A model generated the notes under the pieces. The model had not been told where the DNA came from, did not search any database, and worked only from the letters and a program-made list of their open reading frames with translations. 64,000 nt of DNA from Deferribacterales bacterium. Lineage in GTDB: Bacteria; Chrysiogenota; Deferribacteres; Deferribacterales; Geovibrionaceae. Numbering within the stretch: the stretch's first letter is position 1; each line of letters begins with the position of its first letter. The DNA is taken from positions 149,458 to 213,457 of the forward strand of contig JBFWJS010000003.1 in NCBI GenBank assembly GCA_050253075.1, written 5' to 3'. Made by a program: the position numbers and the translations under genes. Shown here piece after piece: positions 50,089 to 61,424 of the stretch.

Positions 50089-53000
50089 ATGAGTAAAGTT
50101 CTCGCAACTGTAAACGGGATATCGGGCAAGTTTTTTGCGATGTCGCCGACAGGAGAAGTAAGGGTCTTAAACAGCGGTGATGTGGTATATGAAGGTGATG
50201 CGATATTCTCTCAGGTCGCAGACGGGTCTTTCGAAGACTTTATCGACTTCGTATACACAAACGGCGAGAATGTTGTCCTGACCGGTTCTTCATATTATCT
50301 GGTGGAGACCATCATCGCAGGAAATGATGATACAGACATCCAGAGGTCATACCCCTCGCAGGAGCAGGAAGAATATATAAGGCTCCACGGATATGCCGAA
50401 GGCGAAGATGAAGACTCATATTATAACAACAATCCTGACAGTGCCTCATTCATTCCTAACACTATCAGGCCTGAAAATACAAACCCTGCACCCGAGGAAG
50501 ACCCCTCAGCGGAGGGAACTGCTCCCGATACTGATGTTGATGTCATCGGCGCAGACACGGCGCAGGATATCCCTAACGCTGAGCCCGAGGCTCCCGGCAG
50601 CGAGATAACGGGTATCGAAGATACAGAATACGTCATAACTCTCGCCGATCTGAACTATTCAGATGCAGACGGCGACCCTGCCTTTGCGGTGAAGATAATA
50701 TCTCTGCCCGATGAAGGTACGCTGACGCTGAACGGAAATCCCGTGGTGGAAGGTCAGGTCATACACGCATCAGATATAGACGGCGGTCTGCTGGTATTCA
50801 CACCTGATGCAGACGAATACGGCAGCGGATACACAGAATTCCTCTATGCTGTATCAGACGGCGAAGCATACAGCAACCCCGGCACTATGATAGTGAATAT
50901 CGACCCCGTGGACACAGGCATAGACAACCAGACATACACTGAGAACGACCCTGCAACGATACTGGATTCGGAGATCAGCCTTACAGATGTGGCGGGTGAT
51001 TATGTATCCGGTGCGACTGTTACCATAACAGACCTGCAGGATGGGGATGTGCTCTCATTCACACAGCAGAGCGGGATAACAGGCTCTTACAATGCTGCAA
51101 CGGGCGTGCTTACCCTGACGGGTACGGCGACAGTGGCAGAGTATGAGGCAGCTCTTGAAAGTGTGACATACATCTCACAGAGCGACGATCCTACGGTGAA
51201 CGATGCCTTTACCACAAGGGACATAGAATGGAGCGTTACAGGCGCAGAGAACACCACCCATTATGGATCGCTCCTGACCATCATACCTCTGACAGATAAC
51301 CCCGTGGTGATGTCGGACAGCGTGACAATGTATACCGAAGGCGAACCGGCGGTGGTTATCGACCATGCTGTCAGCCTTTCAGACGTGGACGACACAGAGA
51401 TCACTTCGGCTACGGTACAGATAACCGAAGGGCTGAACACGGGCGATGTACTCTCTTTCATCGATACGGCAAATATATCGGGAAGCTATGACCCTGAGAC
51501 GGGCACTCTCACCCTTACAGGTACGGCGTCAGTGGCAGAGTATGAAGCCGCTCTCCAGAGTGTCACATACGAAAACACCGGAGACGACCTCTCCGACGAT
51601 AAAACTATTACATGGACAGTAAACGACGCAAACAGCGACGATGCAGGAACGGGCACAGGGATAGCGACAAGCACCATAGTGGCCATACCTCTTCCTGATT
51701 CGCCTGTTTTCGCCGATATAGACGATCAGGTATATACAGAGAATGACCCTGCAACGGTGCTCGACTCAGACATCAGCCTGACAGATGTGGATGACGAATA
51801 TATATCAGGCGCATCCATAACCATAACAGACCTGCAGGACGGCGATGTTCTCTCATTTACGGAGCAGAGCGGGATAACCGGCTCATACGACCCTGTGACA
51901 GGTGTGCTGACCCTGACGGGTACGGCGACTGTGGCAGAGTATGAATCCGCTCTGGAGAGCGTGACATATCTCTCCGAAAGTGATGACCCCACAGTGGGCG
52001 ACACGGAGATGACAAGAGACATCAAGTGGAGCGTGACAGATGCCGACAGCGACGGCACAGGCGCACAGACCACTACATATACATCTCTGCTGACCATAAC
52101 CCCCGTCGAGAATGATGATGCTCCTATAGCAAATCAGGCCGCTGACGTCACAGTCACCGAGGCGGACTATGACGCTGTGGCAGACGTCACCGTGAACGGA
52201 AACCTGCTGACAGACGGCGGTGCGGATAACTTCAACGACGGATTCGACTATGTGCCCGACAACGGCGCAGTGATCTATCAGGTGTCCTACACTGACACCA
52301 ACGGTGATGCGCAGACAACGACACTCACGACAACGGAAACCACACTCGATACATACTACGGCTCACTCACAATAAACAAAGATACCGGTGCATATGCATT
52401 TGATATAAGCGGAAATATCGACCACACAGCCTCTGATTCGGTTACTGAAACATTCAGCTATAACCTGATAGACGGCGACGGAGATATATCAAACTTCGCA
52501 GACCAGAACATCATAATCACAGACGGCACAGACCCTTCATTCGGCACGGTGGACAGTGCAGTGCTTTATGAGAAGAACCTCGCCAGCGGTACAGACCCCG
52601 ACGCAGGGAAGCTCTCTGTGACAGGATCCCTCGACCTTACCGGAGGAAGCGACGACTTCGAGGCGGTATTCACACAGAATACTATCGACTACCTCGAAAG
52701 CCTTAACCTTGAATCAAATAACAGCACCGTAACATACTCCCTCTCCCCTGACGGAAGCACTATCACTGCGGAAAAGGACGACCTCTCGGGTGTTGTCTTC
52801 ACAGTGGTACTGACATCCTCAGACTCCGACAGCGCAGGCTACACATTCACCCTGTCTGCTCCGATAGACGAAAGCGGGGATAAAGTGATGAACCTGCCCG
52901 TGAGCGTGACAGACAGTGATGACGACACGGCAACGGCGACTATATCACTCACAATCATGGATGACACTGCCCCCACAGAGCAGACGATATCCGTGAACGA

Positions 53001-56000
53001 AGACTCGAATGCAACAGTGAATACAAATGCAGACGTGACACAGGTAAACACCGTGATAGGCACAGGCGCAGTCGCAGGAGACATCGCCCCCACACACGGA
53101 ACAGCAGTAGTAAACCCGGACGGAAGCATTACATATACGGCAACAGACCAGAATTACAGCGGTACTGATTCATTTACATACACCACGACGACAGATCAGG
53201 GGGAGTTTACGACCACTGTTACGGTAAACGTTATCCCGGTATCTGATGCTCCTACATGGAGCGGCACAACAGACTACACCACCCTAGAGGATACGTCTGT
53301 ACCTCTCAGCGGAATGGCTCTCCCTGTCCTTTCAGACACAGATACCGATCAGTACTCTGAAAAGCTCGGCACCATAAATGTGGATATATCCACAGGTGCC
53401 GCGCTTGAATATTCATACACTGAACCGGGCGGGAATATCGTCAGCGGTAACAGTATAACAGGCACAAGCAGCACTGCTGACATGCACATCGTTATCGTCA
53501 ACGGAGACGGCACGGTGAATACAGACTATCACTACAGCGACATAGACACTACGGGCGCAGTACTGATGACAGTGGCACAGTATCAGAGCATGGTTTACAC
53601 ACCAACGCCTGATGATGCAGACGATGCAGATATCACCATAACAGCCACAAGCTACGACAGTACAGACGGCACTATGGCAAGTGCTGTGGCGGGGGCGAGC
53701 AGTACCTCGACAGTACACGTGGAAGTAGAGGCGATAACAGACCCTGTGACTATGGCAGCAAGCGCAGCCAGTGACAGCCTCACCGCATCAGAGGATTCAT
53801 GGATAAATATCGGCAGCTATTTTACATGGACGACGGGAGATTTCGACGGCTCCGAGGATAAAAGCATCACCATATCGGGCATCCCGAGCGGATGGTCATA
53901 CAGCGTAAACGGAACGTCTGTGAAAGGGACTGCGAACGGTTCCGACATTACCATAAGCGTCAATAACTCATTCTATATAAAACCGCCTTTAAACAGCGAT
54001 GCAGATGCAAACTTCACCGTGACATTTACTGTCGAGTCCACCGACACGGATGACGACACGACAGTATTTACGACCCCTATCATAACAGAGACGGCGAGCG
54101 ACAGCATCACGCTGGACATAACAATAGACCCTCAGCCTGACGGTGTTACGATAAACACCACAGACGGACAAAACTATGAGGACAGTCTCGTTTCATTTGA
54201 CGTATCTGCGACCATAAAGGATACGTCGGTGGATGACGGCTCGGCAGAGACCATCGATACTGTGACTATAAGCAATATACCGACAGGGGCCATCATCTAT
54301 ACAGATGCAGCGGGCACTGTCGTATTAGTGGATAACACAACAGGGGCGAACAGCAGCGTCGTCATAACAGTGAACTCCACATCAGACTACAGCGACACTT
54401 TCTATATTCTACCCCCTCAGGACTATAACGGTTCTTTCGATCTGGACATAGATGTTGAATCTTATGAATCAGCCGATGCGGGAAATTCTGTGACAGACTC
54501 AGGAACCGTAACAATCGATGTCGTAGGTGTCGTGGATACTTCGGCAGGCGATGCAGATCATGCCGATGCGGGATACTTAGATGTATCGATAGGTGGCAGT
54601 GCAGGGACGGGTGTCTCTTCCACTGCCAGCTATCTGGCAACATACGCCACGGATGAGGACGTCAGGGTAAACCTGAACATCGACGTGGACTCTTTTGAAT
54701 CCAGCGGTGACGGCTCTGAAAAGATAACTGTCGTGATCAGCATGGACGACGGCTCATACAGCGGAGAGTTCACCATAGTGGATAACGGCGGCAATGAGAT
54801 AGGCTATGCATCCCACGACGGATGGCACCTTACAGCAGCAGAGGCGGCGGATGCGCACCTTCTGCCTGCGGAAGATTCAGGGGATGACCTTTCCCTCGCT
54901 GTGACTACGATAGTAGAGGATAAAGACGGCAGTACCGTCGACGATGTGAACACACAGACAGAATATATCTACATAGACGTGACACCAGTGACAGACGTAC
55001 CCGACATAGTGGTCAGGGATGTTTTCACCAATGAGGACAGTGCAGTAAACCTTGATATACGCCCAATCGTGACAGATATAGACGGCAGTGAATCGCCGAT
55101 ATCTGTTTCGCTAACTGTTCCTTCGGGGGCTGCCCTTTCATATTACGACTCCGGCTCGGACAGCTATATCACTATCTTTGTGAATGATACGGCGGGCGAG
55201 CTTACATACGATTTCAGCATAGATGCCGTCTCGACAGGCACTACAGGTCTGGCGAGCGGTGCAGGCGGAACATATGCCAGCGGTATCACACTGGAAAACC
55301 TCGGCAACCTGTACTTTACACCGCCAGCACACGCAAACGGCGATATAGAGCTGACCGTGACACCTGTCGTACAGGAAGATACAGGGGAAGTACCTGCATC
55401 CCAGACGGTCACAGTGACAGTCTATTCACAGGGTATAGCCGATGCGCCTGTTCTGCATCTGGTGGATACAGACGATAGCTCCGTGATACTGAATCAGGGG
55501 ACAGGCGAAGAATCCACTCTGAACCCTAGTCAGGACGTTATATACGACGGCGACGACACCATAACCATCGTCGGCCATGAAAAAACAGAGAATAATCCGA
55601 TAGTCGGCATACCGATAAGCCTTTATGCCGTCAGCAGTGAATATACTGCCTCGGTGGATATCAGCACAAATCCTGCTTACTCCGCTGCGGCAGACCCAAT
55701 GACAGATACATCCGAGACCATAAGCTACATTCTGGATAATGTGCCTGACGACATCAGGCTGGTGGACTCTGCGGGTAATCTCGTGGGGACATACATGGGT
55801 GCAGGCGGTGACAGCGACACGAAGAAGTGGGCTATCACAGCCGACGAGATGTCAGACCTGCTGCTCTCTGCTCCTGAGAAATATTCGGGCGTATTCGAGC
55901 TGATACTCACCACTATCGTCACAGAGGACGACGGTGACGAGACAAGCATACAGACTCCTATCACTCTGGATATACAGCCTGAGATCACGACCACGGCCGA

Positions 56001-59000
56001 TGATGTTCTCGTCGGTGCGACAGGGTCTGAGGACGGGCTGATGATACTTAGCTTCGGCTCTTCGGACGATACCTCCGAGGTGCTGACATATGTGAAAATA
56101 CCTGAAAGCGGTATACCCGAAGGGTTTACCCTTATGATATACGACGAAGGCTCTTCCCAGTGGGTTGCGGCTTCGTCATTCCTCACACCTGAGGGCGGAT
56201 ACTATGTAGTGACAGACTATTACCAGTCAGGCTATGTGGCTCTGCAGGTGAATGACGGCGGTGTATGGTCTCAGAAGGATACGGCGACAGAGGGCGTTAA
56301 TCCCCAGATAACAGGCATCATCGTCGGCATAGACGACCTCACTGACGGAGACTCCACCGAGACAGACGCAGCCCTGACAGGGGATATGGATGTCATCATC
56401 GATGCAGATGCCGATGCTCCTGCTATGAGTGTCGCAGACGACACTCTCGAGCCTGACTGCGGCGTTGCCATCGGTCTGGGGATAACAGCCTCCTACGACG
56501 ACAGCGACGGTTCTGAAACACATTATTACATAATACAGAGCGTGCCGAACGGATGGTATGTGACCAATGCCGAATACAACGGCGACGGCACATGGTATGT
56601 CGAGGCGGGGGATATCTCAAACGTGAGCATCGTGGCATACGGCAACGACCCTGCGGATATCACCGTTGTGGGATACTCTGTGGAGACATCAAACGAAGAT
56701 ACGGAGACCAGCTCTATCGTTATAAACGTAGACCCCGTTGACGGAACATGCTCCGGCCCCGGTACTGAAACATATACTGCACAGGTGCCTACTCTTGTAG
56801 TGGTTACGCCTACGACGACAGAAGACACTGCGTCTCTGTCTCTGGACGACTTTATCACTTCGCTGCATCTGAACGACAGCGACTCGGGCTCTGAGTCACT
56901 GGTGCTGATAATATCAGACCTGCCTGCGGGGGTAACTCTCTCTTCGGACACATACGACCTGATAAATTACACAGACAGCACAGGCAAGGACTGTATAAGG
57001 GTGGAGATACCGACGAACGGCAACGACGAGGTTGACCCTGCGGTGCTTCAGGCGATAATGGTGAACCTGCCGAGCGACTACAGCGGCATGATCACATTCA
57101 CCTTAAACGCCGTGGCTATAGAGACAGGCAACGGAACACGCATAGTTTCAGCGGGGACAGATCAGGAAAACAATGTATCAGCCAGCATATCGCCTGTGGC
57201 GGATGCTCTGGTCGTGATGCCTATCGTAACAAGCATAGTGGAAGACCAGCAGACGGCACTGCAGTTTACGCTCTCTTCGTCAGACGGAGTGACCAGCAGT
57301 GTAGACCATGCTGAGACAGTCTCATCCACTGTATATATAACAATCACAAACGGAACATTCGTGGATGGCAGCGGGAACACACTCGCCTCGACAAACCTCG
57401 AGGTGCAGGTGGACGGCAGCGGAAACGTAACATTCGGAGGCAGCGTAGTTTACGTCGTGCCGAACAGCCAGACCACAGATACCGTCACCATAAGCATTTC
57501 TGCCGATGTGACAGATGCTACAGACGGATATGTATCCAGCGTCATCACGCAGAGTACATCATACGAAATATCCGTAAGCTCCGAGCCTGACCCTGCGGGG
57601 TATGAGGACGGCAGCAATACGCCTTCGACACTGGCGGTGCTCGATGCCTCCGGAGCAGAGGATGCTCCGATACAGCTTAATATCACCGCTGTATTCCCCG
57701 ATGCGGACGGCTCAGAGATACAGTCACTCGTGCTGACAGATATGCCTGACGGAGCGATCATAGTGAACTCGCTCGGCAATATAGTCGGGCAGAACAACGG
57801 CAACGGCACATGGGACATCACAGGCGCAGACCTCGGCGATATCTACTTTGTACCTTCGCCGAATTTCAGCGGAACACTTACACTCGGCATAACATCCTAT
57901 GCCATAGAGATAGACACTTTCGACGCTGCCGAATACAGCACCACATTCGATGTGGAGGTGACGGCAGTTGCAGACGGAGTGGTCATCACAACCCATAACG
58001 CAAGCGGTGCCGAAGGGGACTATATAAGACCTGCGGGCGACACCGGCTTCCTCGAGGGTGCTCTGGTAGAGACCGAGGAATATCTGCTCTCTACATACTA
58101 TGATGCAAATACCCCTGACGAATCCAGAATGGACGAGACCTATAAGGTGGTATTCGACGGAGTGGACGACGGCATCAGCTTCTATTATCAGGACGCAGGC
58201 GGGAACTACATCCTGCTTCAGGACACAGACGCCGGTGCTGACACATACACCATGGAAGGACTGACACAAAGCCAGCTGGATACGCTCTCTATAGTCTCCA
58301 CAGAGACTACGGGAACGCTCTATCTCGGTGTGGAGGTCTCATCTCAGGAATACGACAGCGACGGCAACCTCGTGGATACATCCGCACCCGAGACAGGAAG
58401 CCTGACTGTTTCAGTCAGTGCAGTCACTCAGGGGCTGGAGCTCACAGATTTCGGCAGAGGCGCAGCGGGCGCACCTGCTGACCTTACCCTCAGCTATATA
58501 GACGGTGACGGAAGCGAATCCATAAGCGGGAACATAGTAATCACTACGACAGCATCCCTGAACCACGGCAGTGAGTCGTCGGACGTGTGGACACTGAGCG
58601 AATCTGACCTCACAGGGCTGACATTCACTCCTGCGGACAACGCAGCATTTACCACAACGATAGAAGCCACGACCACGGAAAACGGCGTGGATAACATACA
58701 GACCATCACCATAAGCCACGGCTCGTCTTCCAACGACAGCTTTAACTACGGCGATGCGGACTATATTGACGGCTGGGGCGGTACAGACACTGTATCTATG
58801 AGCGGTCAGACTATAAACCTTGAACTCGTCTCATCCAACATGACAGGGATAGAAAAGATAAATATGGATAACGGCACAAGCACCAATGCCATAACAAACC
58901 TCAGCGTGAACGACTTCCTCGATATCACGGGCGGGGGGAACACCCTGACCATAGACGGCGGTTCCGAAGACTCCGTGTCTCTGGTGAACGGCGACGGAGG

Positions 59001-59112
59001 AGACTGGACAGACAACGGCGTATCGGGGGGCTACCACTCATTTTCCTATTCGGACGGTGGAAGCACACACACCATAAACATTGATGTAGATATCAATACG
59101 ACAGTTTCATAA
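50089..59112 (+). CDS. giant T1SS-secreted adhesin (LapA/BapA-like, Ig/cadherin-like repeats), 3007 aa
   Basis: Retention-module-like N-terminus, acidic D/T-rich repeats with DxDGSE motifs, T1SS-type C-terminal tail; followed by TolC/ABC/HlyD. Confidence 0.9.
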   Translation: MSKVLATVNGISGKFFAMSPTGEVRVLNSGDVVYEGDAIFSQVADGSFEDFIDFVYTNGENVVLTGSSYYLVETIIAGNDDTDIQRSYPSQEQEEYIRLHGYAEGEDEDSYYNNNPDSASFIPNTIRPENTNPAPEEDPSAEGTAPDTDVDVIGADTAQDIPNAEPEAPGSEITGIEDTEYVITLADLNYSDADGDPAFAVKIISLPDEGTLTLNGNPVVEGQVIHASDIDGGLLVFTPDADEYGSGYTEFLYAVSDGEAYSNPGTMIVNIDPVDTGIDNQTYTENDPATILDSEISLTDVAGDYVSGATVTITDLQDGDVLSFTQQSGITGSYNAATGVLTLTGTATVAEYEAALESVTYISQSDDPTVNDAFTTRDIEWSVTGAENTTHYGSLLTIIPLTDNPVVMSDSVTMYTEGEPAVVIDHAVSLSDVDDTEITSATVQITEGLNTGDVLSFIDTANISGSYDPETGTLTLTGTASVAEYEAALQSVTYENTGDDLSDDKTITWTVNDANSDDAGTGTGIATSTIVAIPLPDSPVFADIDDQVYTENDPATVLDSDISLTDVDDEYISGASITITDLQDGDVLSFTEQSGITGSYDPVTGVLTLTGTATVAEYESALESVTYLSESDDPTVGDTEMTRDIKWSVTDADSDGTGAQTTTYTSLLTITPVENDDAPIANQAADVTVTEADYDAVADVTVNGNLLTDGGADNFNDGFDYVPDNGAVIYQVSYTDTNGDAQTTTLTTTETTLDTYYGSLTINKDTGAYAFDISGNIDHTASDSVTETFSYNLIDGDGDISNFADQNIIITDGTDPSFGTVDSAVLYEKNLASGTDPDAGKLSVTGSLDLTGGSDDFEAVFTQNTIDYLESLNLESNNSTVTYSLSPDGSTITAEKDDLSGVVFTVVLTSSDSDSAGYTFTLSAPIDESGDKVMNLPVSVTDSDDDTATATISLTIMDDTAPTEQTISVNEDSNATVNTNADVTQVNTVIGTGAVAGDIAPTHGTAVVNPDGSITYTATDQNYSGTDSFTYTTTTDQGEFTTTVTVNVIPVSDAPTWSGTTDYTTLEDTSVPLSGMALPVLSDTDTDQYSEKLGTINVDISTGAALEYSYTEPGGNIVSGNSITGTSSTADMHIVIVNGDGTVNTDYHYSDIDTTGAVLMTVAQYQSMVYTPTPDDADDADITITATSYDSTDGTMASAVAGASSTSTVHVEVEAITDPVTMAASAASDSLTASEDSWINIGSYFTWTTGDFDGSEDKSITISGIPSGWSYSVNGTSVKGTANGSDITISVNNSFYIKPPLNSDADANFTVTFTVESTDTDDDTTVFTTPIITETASDSITLDITIDPQPDGVTINTTDGQNYEDSLVSFDVSATIKDTSVDDGSAETIDTVTISNIPTGAIIYTDAAGTVVLVDNTTGANSSVVITVNSTSDYSDTFYILPPQDYNGSFDLDIDVESYESADAGNSVTDSGTVTIDVVGVVDTSAGDADHADAGYLDVSIGGSAGTGVSSTASYLATYATDEDVRVNLNIDVDSFESSGDGSEKITVVISMDDGSYSGEFTIVDNGGNEIGYASHDGWHLTAAEAADAHLLPAEDSGDDLSLAVTTIVEDKDGSTVDDVNTQTEYIYIDVTPVTDVPDIVVRDVFTNEDSAVNLDIRPIVTDIDGSESPISVSLTVPSGAALSYYDSGSDSYITIFVNDTAGELTYDFSIDAVSTGTTGLASGAGGTYASGITLENLGNLYFTPPAHANGDIELTVTPVVQEDTGEVPASQTVTVTVYSQGIADAPVLHLVDTDDSSVILNQGTGEESTLNPSQDVIYDGDDTITIVGHEKTENNPIVGIPISLYAVSSEYTASVDISTNPAYSAAADPMTDTSETISYILDNVPDDIRLVDSAGNLVGTYMGAGGDSDTKKWAITADEMSDLLLSAPEKYSGVFELILTTIVTEDDGDETSIQTPITLDIQPEITTTADDVLVGATGSEDGLMILSFGSSDDTSEVLTYVKIPESGIPEGFTLMIYDEGSSQWVAASSFLTPEGGYYVVTDYYQSGYVALQVNDGGVWSQKDTATEGVNPQITGIIVGIDDLTDGDSTETDAALTGDMDVIIDADADAPAMSVADDTLEPDCGVAIGLGITASYDDSDGSETHYYIIQSVPNGWYVTNAEYNGDGTWYVEAGDISNVSIVAYGNDPADITVVGYSVETSNEDTETSSIVINVDPVDGTCSGPGTETYTAQVPTLVVVTPTTTEDTASLSLDDFITSLHLNDSDSGSESLVLIISDLPAGVTLSSDTYDLINYTDSTGKDCIRVEIPTNGNDEVDPAVLQAIMVNLPSDYSGMITFTLNAVAIETGNGTRIVSAGTDQENNVSASISPVADALVVMPIVTSIVEDQQTALQFTLSSSDGVTSSVDHAETVSSTVYITITNGTFVDGSGNTLASTNLEVQVDGSGNVTFGGSVVYVVPNSQTTDTVTISISADVTDATDGYVSSVITQSTSYEISVSSEPDPAGYEDGSNTPSTLAVLDASGAEDAPIQLNITAVFPDADGSEIQSLVLTDMPDGAIIVNSLGNIVGQNNGNGTWDITGADLGDIYFVPSPNFSGTLTLGITSYAIEIDTFDAAEYSTTFDVEVTAVADGVVITTHNASGAEGDYIRPAGDTGFLEGALVETEEYLLSTYYDANTPDESRMDETYKVVFDGVDDGISFYYQDAGGNYILLQDTDAGADTYTMEGLTQSQLDTLSIVSTETTGTLYLGVEVSSQEYDSDGNLVDTSAPETGSLTVSVSAVTQGLELTDFGRGAAGAPADLTLSYIDGDGSESISGNIVITTTASLNHGSESSDVWTLSESDLTGLTFTPADNAAFTTTIEATTTENGVDNIQTITISHGSSSNDSFNYGDADYIDGWGGTDTVSMSGQTINLELVSSNMTGIEKINMDNGTSTNAITNLSVNDFLDITGGGNTLTIDGGSEDSVSLVNGDGGDWTDNGVSGGYHSFSYSDGGSTHTINIDVDINTTVS

Positions 59113-59136
59113 AGGTTATTATTTAAAGGAGGATAT

Positions 59137-61371
59137 ATGAGAAAGGTGGCAATATTGTGCATAACGGCACTGTTAGCCGTGAGTGCCAATGCGATGGGGC
59201 TTCAGGACATGATAGGAGAGGTTTCGAGAAACAATCCGTCTGTCAAAGAAAAGCTGAAATATTATAATTCCGTTTATCAGGAATATGAAAAAGCAAAGGG
59301 CGGATACCTGCCGAGGCTCGATCTCTATGGAGGGGTAGGGCACGAATGGGTCAGCAACTCCAATACAGACTATGAAGAGAGAGACAGCGACGTTTATCAG
59401 GCGAGGATTGTCCTTCAGCAGGATATATTCACAGGCTTCGGCGTGCAGAATGAAGTGAAAAAGGAATATGCGAAGCTGAACTCTGCGAAATACACATATT
59501 TTAACGAAGTGAACGAAGTCGCTTTCGAAACAGCCACACAGTATATCAGTGCTGTTAAAAGCCTTCAGATGTTTGACTTTTCCAACGAACTGCTGAAAAA
59601 ACAGCAGGTATATATCGACATGATACAAGACAGGGTTGATCAGGGGATGGACCTTGCCTCTGATCTGGAAAGGGCAAACGCTAAAGTCGCCGGCATGCTG
59701 GCAGACAACCTGATGAAAGAGAATGTGCACAGGGCAGCCCTGATAAAGCTGAGCAAGCTGCTCGGCAGATATATCGAAGGGAACGAGCTCATCAGACCGG
59801 ACTTTGACATTGCGAACATACCCGCAAGCCTTCAGGACGGAATGGTGACACTGAAAAATGAGAACCCTATGCTCGTCTCTGCCAAATACGACATCGATTA
59901 TCAAAAATTTAACCACAAAGAGAGCAAGAAAGAATATTTCCCACGTATTTATGCGGAATTTTCACATGACATAAACGACAACATGAGCGGTGTGGACGGA
60001 TTCGAAAGAGAAACCAGAGCCATGCTTATGATGGATTTCAACCTCTTCAACGGTACGAAAGACGTGGACGAGGCGAAGAAGAACGTAAGTCTTTATCACA
60101 AATCTGTAGATGCTAAAAACCGTGTATCAAGAGACCTCGCAAGCGACTATCAGCTCACATGGTCTGCCCACAGGCTTCTCATGAAACAGATATCCTATCT
60201 GCAGAAGAATAAGAACGCTCTCGAAAAAGTGCTGAAATCTTATAAATCAGAATTCAAGATCGGCAAGAGAAAGCTGATAGACATAATGAATCTGGAAAAC
60301 GAGATATTCGCCGTGGACGGAAAGATAACAGAAGCACGCTATGATGCGCTCCTGTTTAAATACAAACTCCTGTATACCCTCGGTACTCTTCCACAGGCGC
60401 TGCAGGTCGTGACACCTGTTGCCTACGGCTCGGACGATCTGCCTGAGATGGAAGACAAGCTCCCCGTGTCATTCGACATGGACGAAGATAAGGTAGAGGA
60501 TGCGGGCGACTTCTGCCAGAATTCCAAAGGCGGAGAGATCGGCAGCGGATGCGACGAGAAAACAACCGAGACATTCCTCAACTCGCCATTCGTGGAGCCG
60601 AAACCTGCCCTTGATTCCCGTGTGATCAGCAGTGTTTCCGAGCTCGCAACGAACAAGCTGAAGACAAACTCAAGGGTGACCACAGGCATAGAATTCTTTG
60701 AAAAAGATTCCACAGAACTGACAATGGACGCTGTAGAGATCATGAGAGAGATGGTGAAACAGCTTCAGGAGATCAGCTCCGGGAACAGCATAGAGATATA
60801 TGTTTACTCGGCAGATAACGGTGATGCCGCAGCAGATTATCAACTCTCCTCAAAGAGGGCTTACAACCTTTTCAGGATAATGCTGATAAACAACGTCAGC
60901 CGTTCGGCTCTTATCACATACGGCAAGGATTACCCAAAAGCCGAGAAGTACCCGCAGAACTTCGTAGAGATCATCGTCAGAGACTCGAGCGAAACATACG
61001 AGAACGTCTATGAGATATACTCCGGCTCTGACCTGTCATTTGTGAATGAAGACGGCGCAGATAAGACGGCTAATCCAGGCAGCCTGAGCGCAACCGGACG
61101 TGAGAGCCTGAGACAGTATGCCATGATGGCTAAGACTGTCGGCTCGGATGTCGCTGTTGACGTTATCAACTTCAGCTATGACAAGGCTGATCCGCTGAAT
61201 AACAAAAAGGTCAGCGAGGAGAGGTCGAAAATAGTCTCCGAAGAGATCGCAAAGATGGATATCGAAAACATACGAATCACTAATTTCGGGATAGACTACG
61301 AGCTTCTCGATGATATCTCCTATGGTAAGGACGCACCAAAAAATAAAACGTATCTGATCATTCATAAATAA
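59137..61371 (+). CDS. TolC family outer membrane protein (LapE-like) with C-terminal OmpA-like extension
   Basis: Signal peptide, NP, GYLPRLD, GKRKLIDIM; C-terminal ~290 aa with LSSKRA and VSEERS OmpA-like motifs. Confidence 0.85.
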   Translation: MRKVAILCITALLAVSANAMGLQDMIGEVSRNNPSVKEKLKYYNSVYQEYEKAKGGYLPRLDLYGGVGHEWVSNSNTDYEERDSDVYQARIVLQQDIFTGFGVQNEVKKEYAKLNSAKYTYFNEVNEVAFETATQYISAVKSLQMFDFSNELLKKQQVYIDMIQDRVDQGMDLASDLERANAKVAGMLADNLMKENVHRAALIKLSKLLGRYIEGNELIRPDFDIANIPASLQDGMVTLKNENPMLVSAKYDIDYQKFNHKESKKEYFPRIYAEFSHDINDNMSGVDGFERETRAMLMMDFNLFNGTKDVDEAKKNVSLYHKSVDAKNRVSRDLASDYQLTWSAHRLLMKQISYLQKNKNALEKVLKSYKSEFKIGKRKLIDIMNLENEIFAVDGKITEARYDALLFKYKLLYTLGTLPQALQVVTPVAYGSDDLPEMEDKLPVSFDMDEDKVEDAGDFCQNSKGGEIGSGCDEKTTETFLNSPFVEPKPALDSRVISSVSELATNKLKTNSRVTTGIEFFEKDSTELTMDAVEIMREMVKQLQEISSGNSIEIYVYSADNGDAAADYQLSSKRAYNLFRIMLINNVSRSALITYGKDYPKAEKYPQNFVEIIVRDSSETYENVYEIYSGSDLSFVNEDGADKTANPGSLSATGRESLRQYAMMAKTVGSDVAVDVINFSYDKADPLNNKKVSEERSKIVSEEIAKMDIENIRITNFGIDYELLDDISYGKDAPKNKTYLIIHK

Positions 61372-61424
61372 TTTATTACGGGCGGGGTTTCGGCTCCGCC
61401 TCATTTTCACAGGAAAGGGCAGTC

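Noticed and set aside
50920..52040. Repeats as a diversity-generating retroelement TR/VR pair
   Set aside because: They are in-frame domain repeats with differences not restricted to adenines, and there is no reverse transcriptase in the window.
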